Origin: Planctomycetota bacterium
GTDB taxonomy: Bacteria; Planctomycetota; UBA11346
Assembly: GCA_038231435.1 (NCBI GenBank)
Contig: JBBRLJ010000001.1
Coordinates: forward strand, 128,001 to 192,000
Length of the DNA: 64,000 nt
Direction: 5' to 3'
The notes below the pieces were generated by a model. It made no database searches. It was given only the letters and a program-made list of their open reading frames with translations, and was not told the DNA's origin. Of the stretch, positions 63,795 to 64,000 are shown piece by piece (the stretch's first letter is position 1; each line of letters starts with the position of its first letter). The translations under genes and the position numbers were made by a program.

Positions 63795-64000
63795 CTAGGT
63801 ACGGTGCTCCTTGATCAAGGCGAGCACCTGATCGTGCAGGCGGCCATTGGTGATGACCGCGTTCTCGGCGCGAATGTCGTGCGTGCCGTCGAGCGACGAG
63901 AAGCGGCCACCCGCCTCCTCGACCACCAGGCTGGTGGCGGCGATGTCCCACAGGCTGAGGTGCGGCTCGACCACGATCTCGGCCCTGCCAGACGCTACCA
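63795..64000 (-). CDS. Inositol monophosphatase family / histidinol-phosphatase (HisN-like), 3' end
   Basis: Manual translation VASGRAEIVVEPHLSLWDIAATSLVVEEAGGRFSSLDG...NGRLH; WDxAA..EAGG motif. Confidence 0.85.
   Translation of the reverse strand, partial: VASGRAEIVVEPHLSLWDIAATSLVVEEAGGRFSSLDGTHDIRAENAVITNGRLHDQVLALIKEHRT

Overview
GC-rich, gene-dense bacterial window with about 50 CDS and one tRNA-Gly(CCC). I found no integrase, transposase, phage or CRISPR signal. The gene repertoire (large Ser/Thr kinase, many AraC/PhyH/Gfo genes, MoxR-VWA operon) suggests a Planctomycetota/PVC-type organism; that is inference. Contents in order: partial glutaminase-A-like gene, RND efflux pair, flavin reductase, metal-uptake operon (DUF2946-like leader, outer-membrane protein, ABC SBP/ATPase/permease), ABC-DUF1854 fusion, scattered carbohydrate genes (GH44, GH78, CE6-like, SGNH, araB), membrane Ser/Thr kinase, THUMP methyltransferase, solo dnaE2-like polymerase, a compact RiPP locus, a MoxR/DUF58/VWA operon, mprF, Fe-S D-lactate dehydrogenase, two TlpA-like thioredoxins and a partial hisN-like gene. 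The top candidate is the RiPP locus at 41985-43692. It has two tandem precursors with near-identical 25-aa N-termini ending in CPGCGRG and CPACGMG (the chryseobasin/ChrA-type motif), followed by a DUF692/MNIO oxidase and a 90-aa putative partner. The second candidate is a DUF2946-like leader ending in the RGPP arrest motif, whose stall-site codons are complementary (10/11 bp) to the Shine-Dalgarno region of the downstream metal-uptake operon. Family assignments come from motif recognition by eye; no searches were run.
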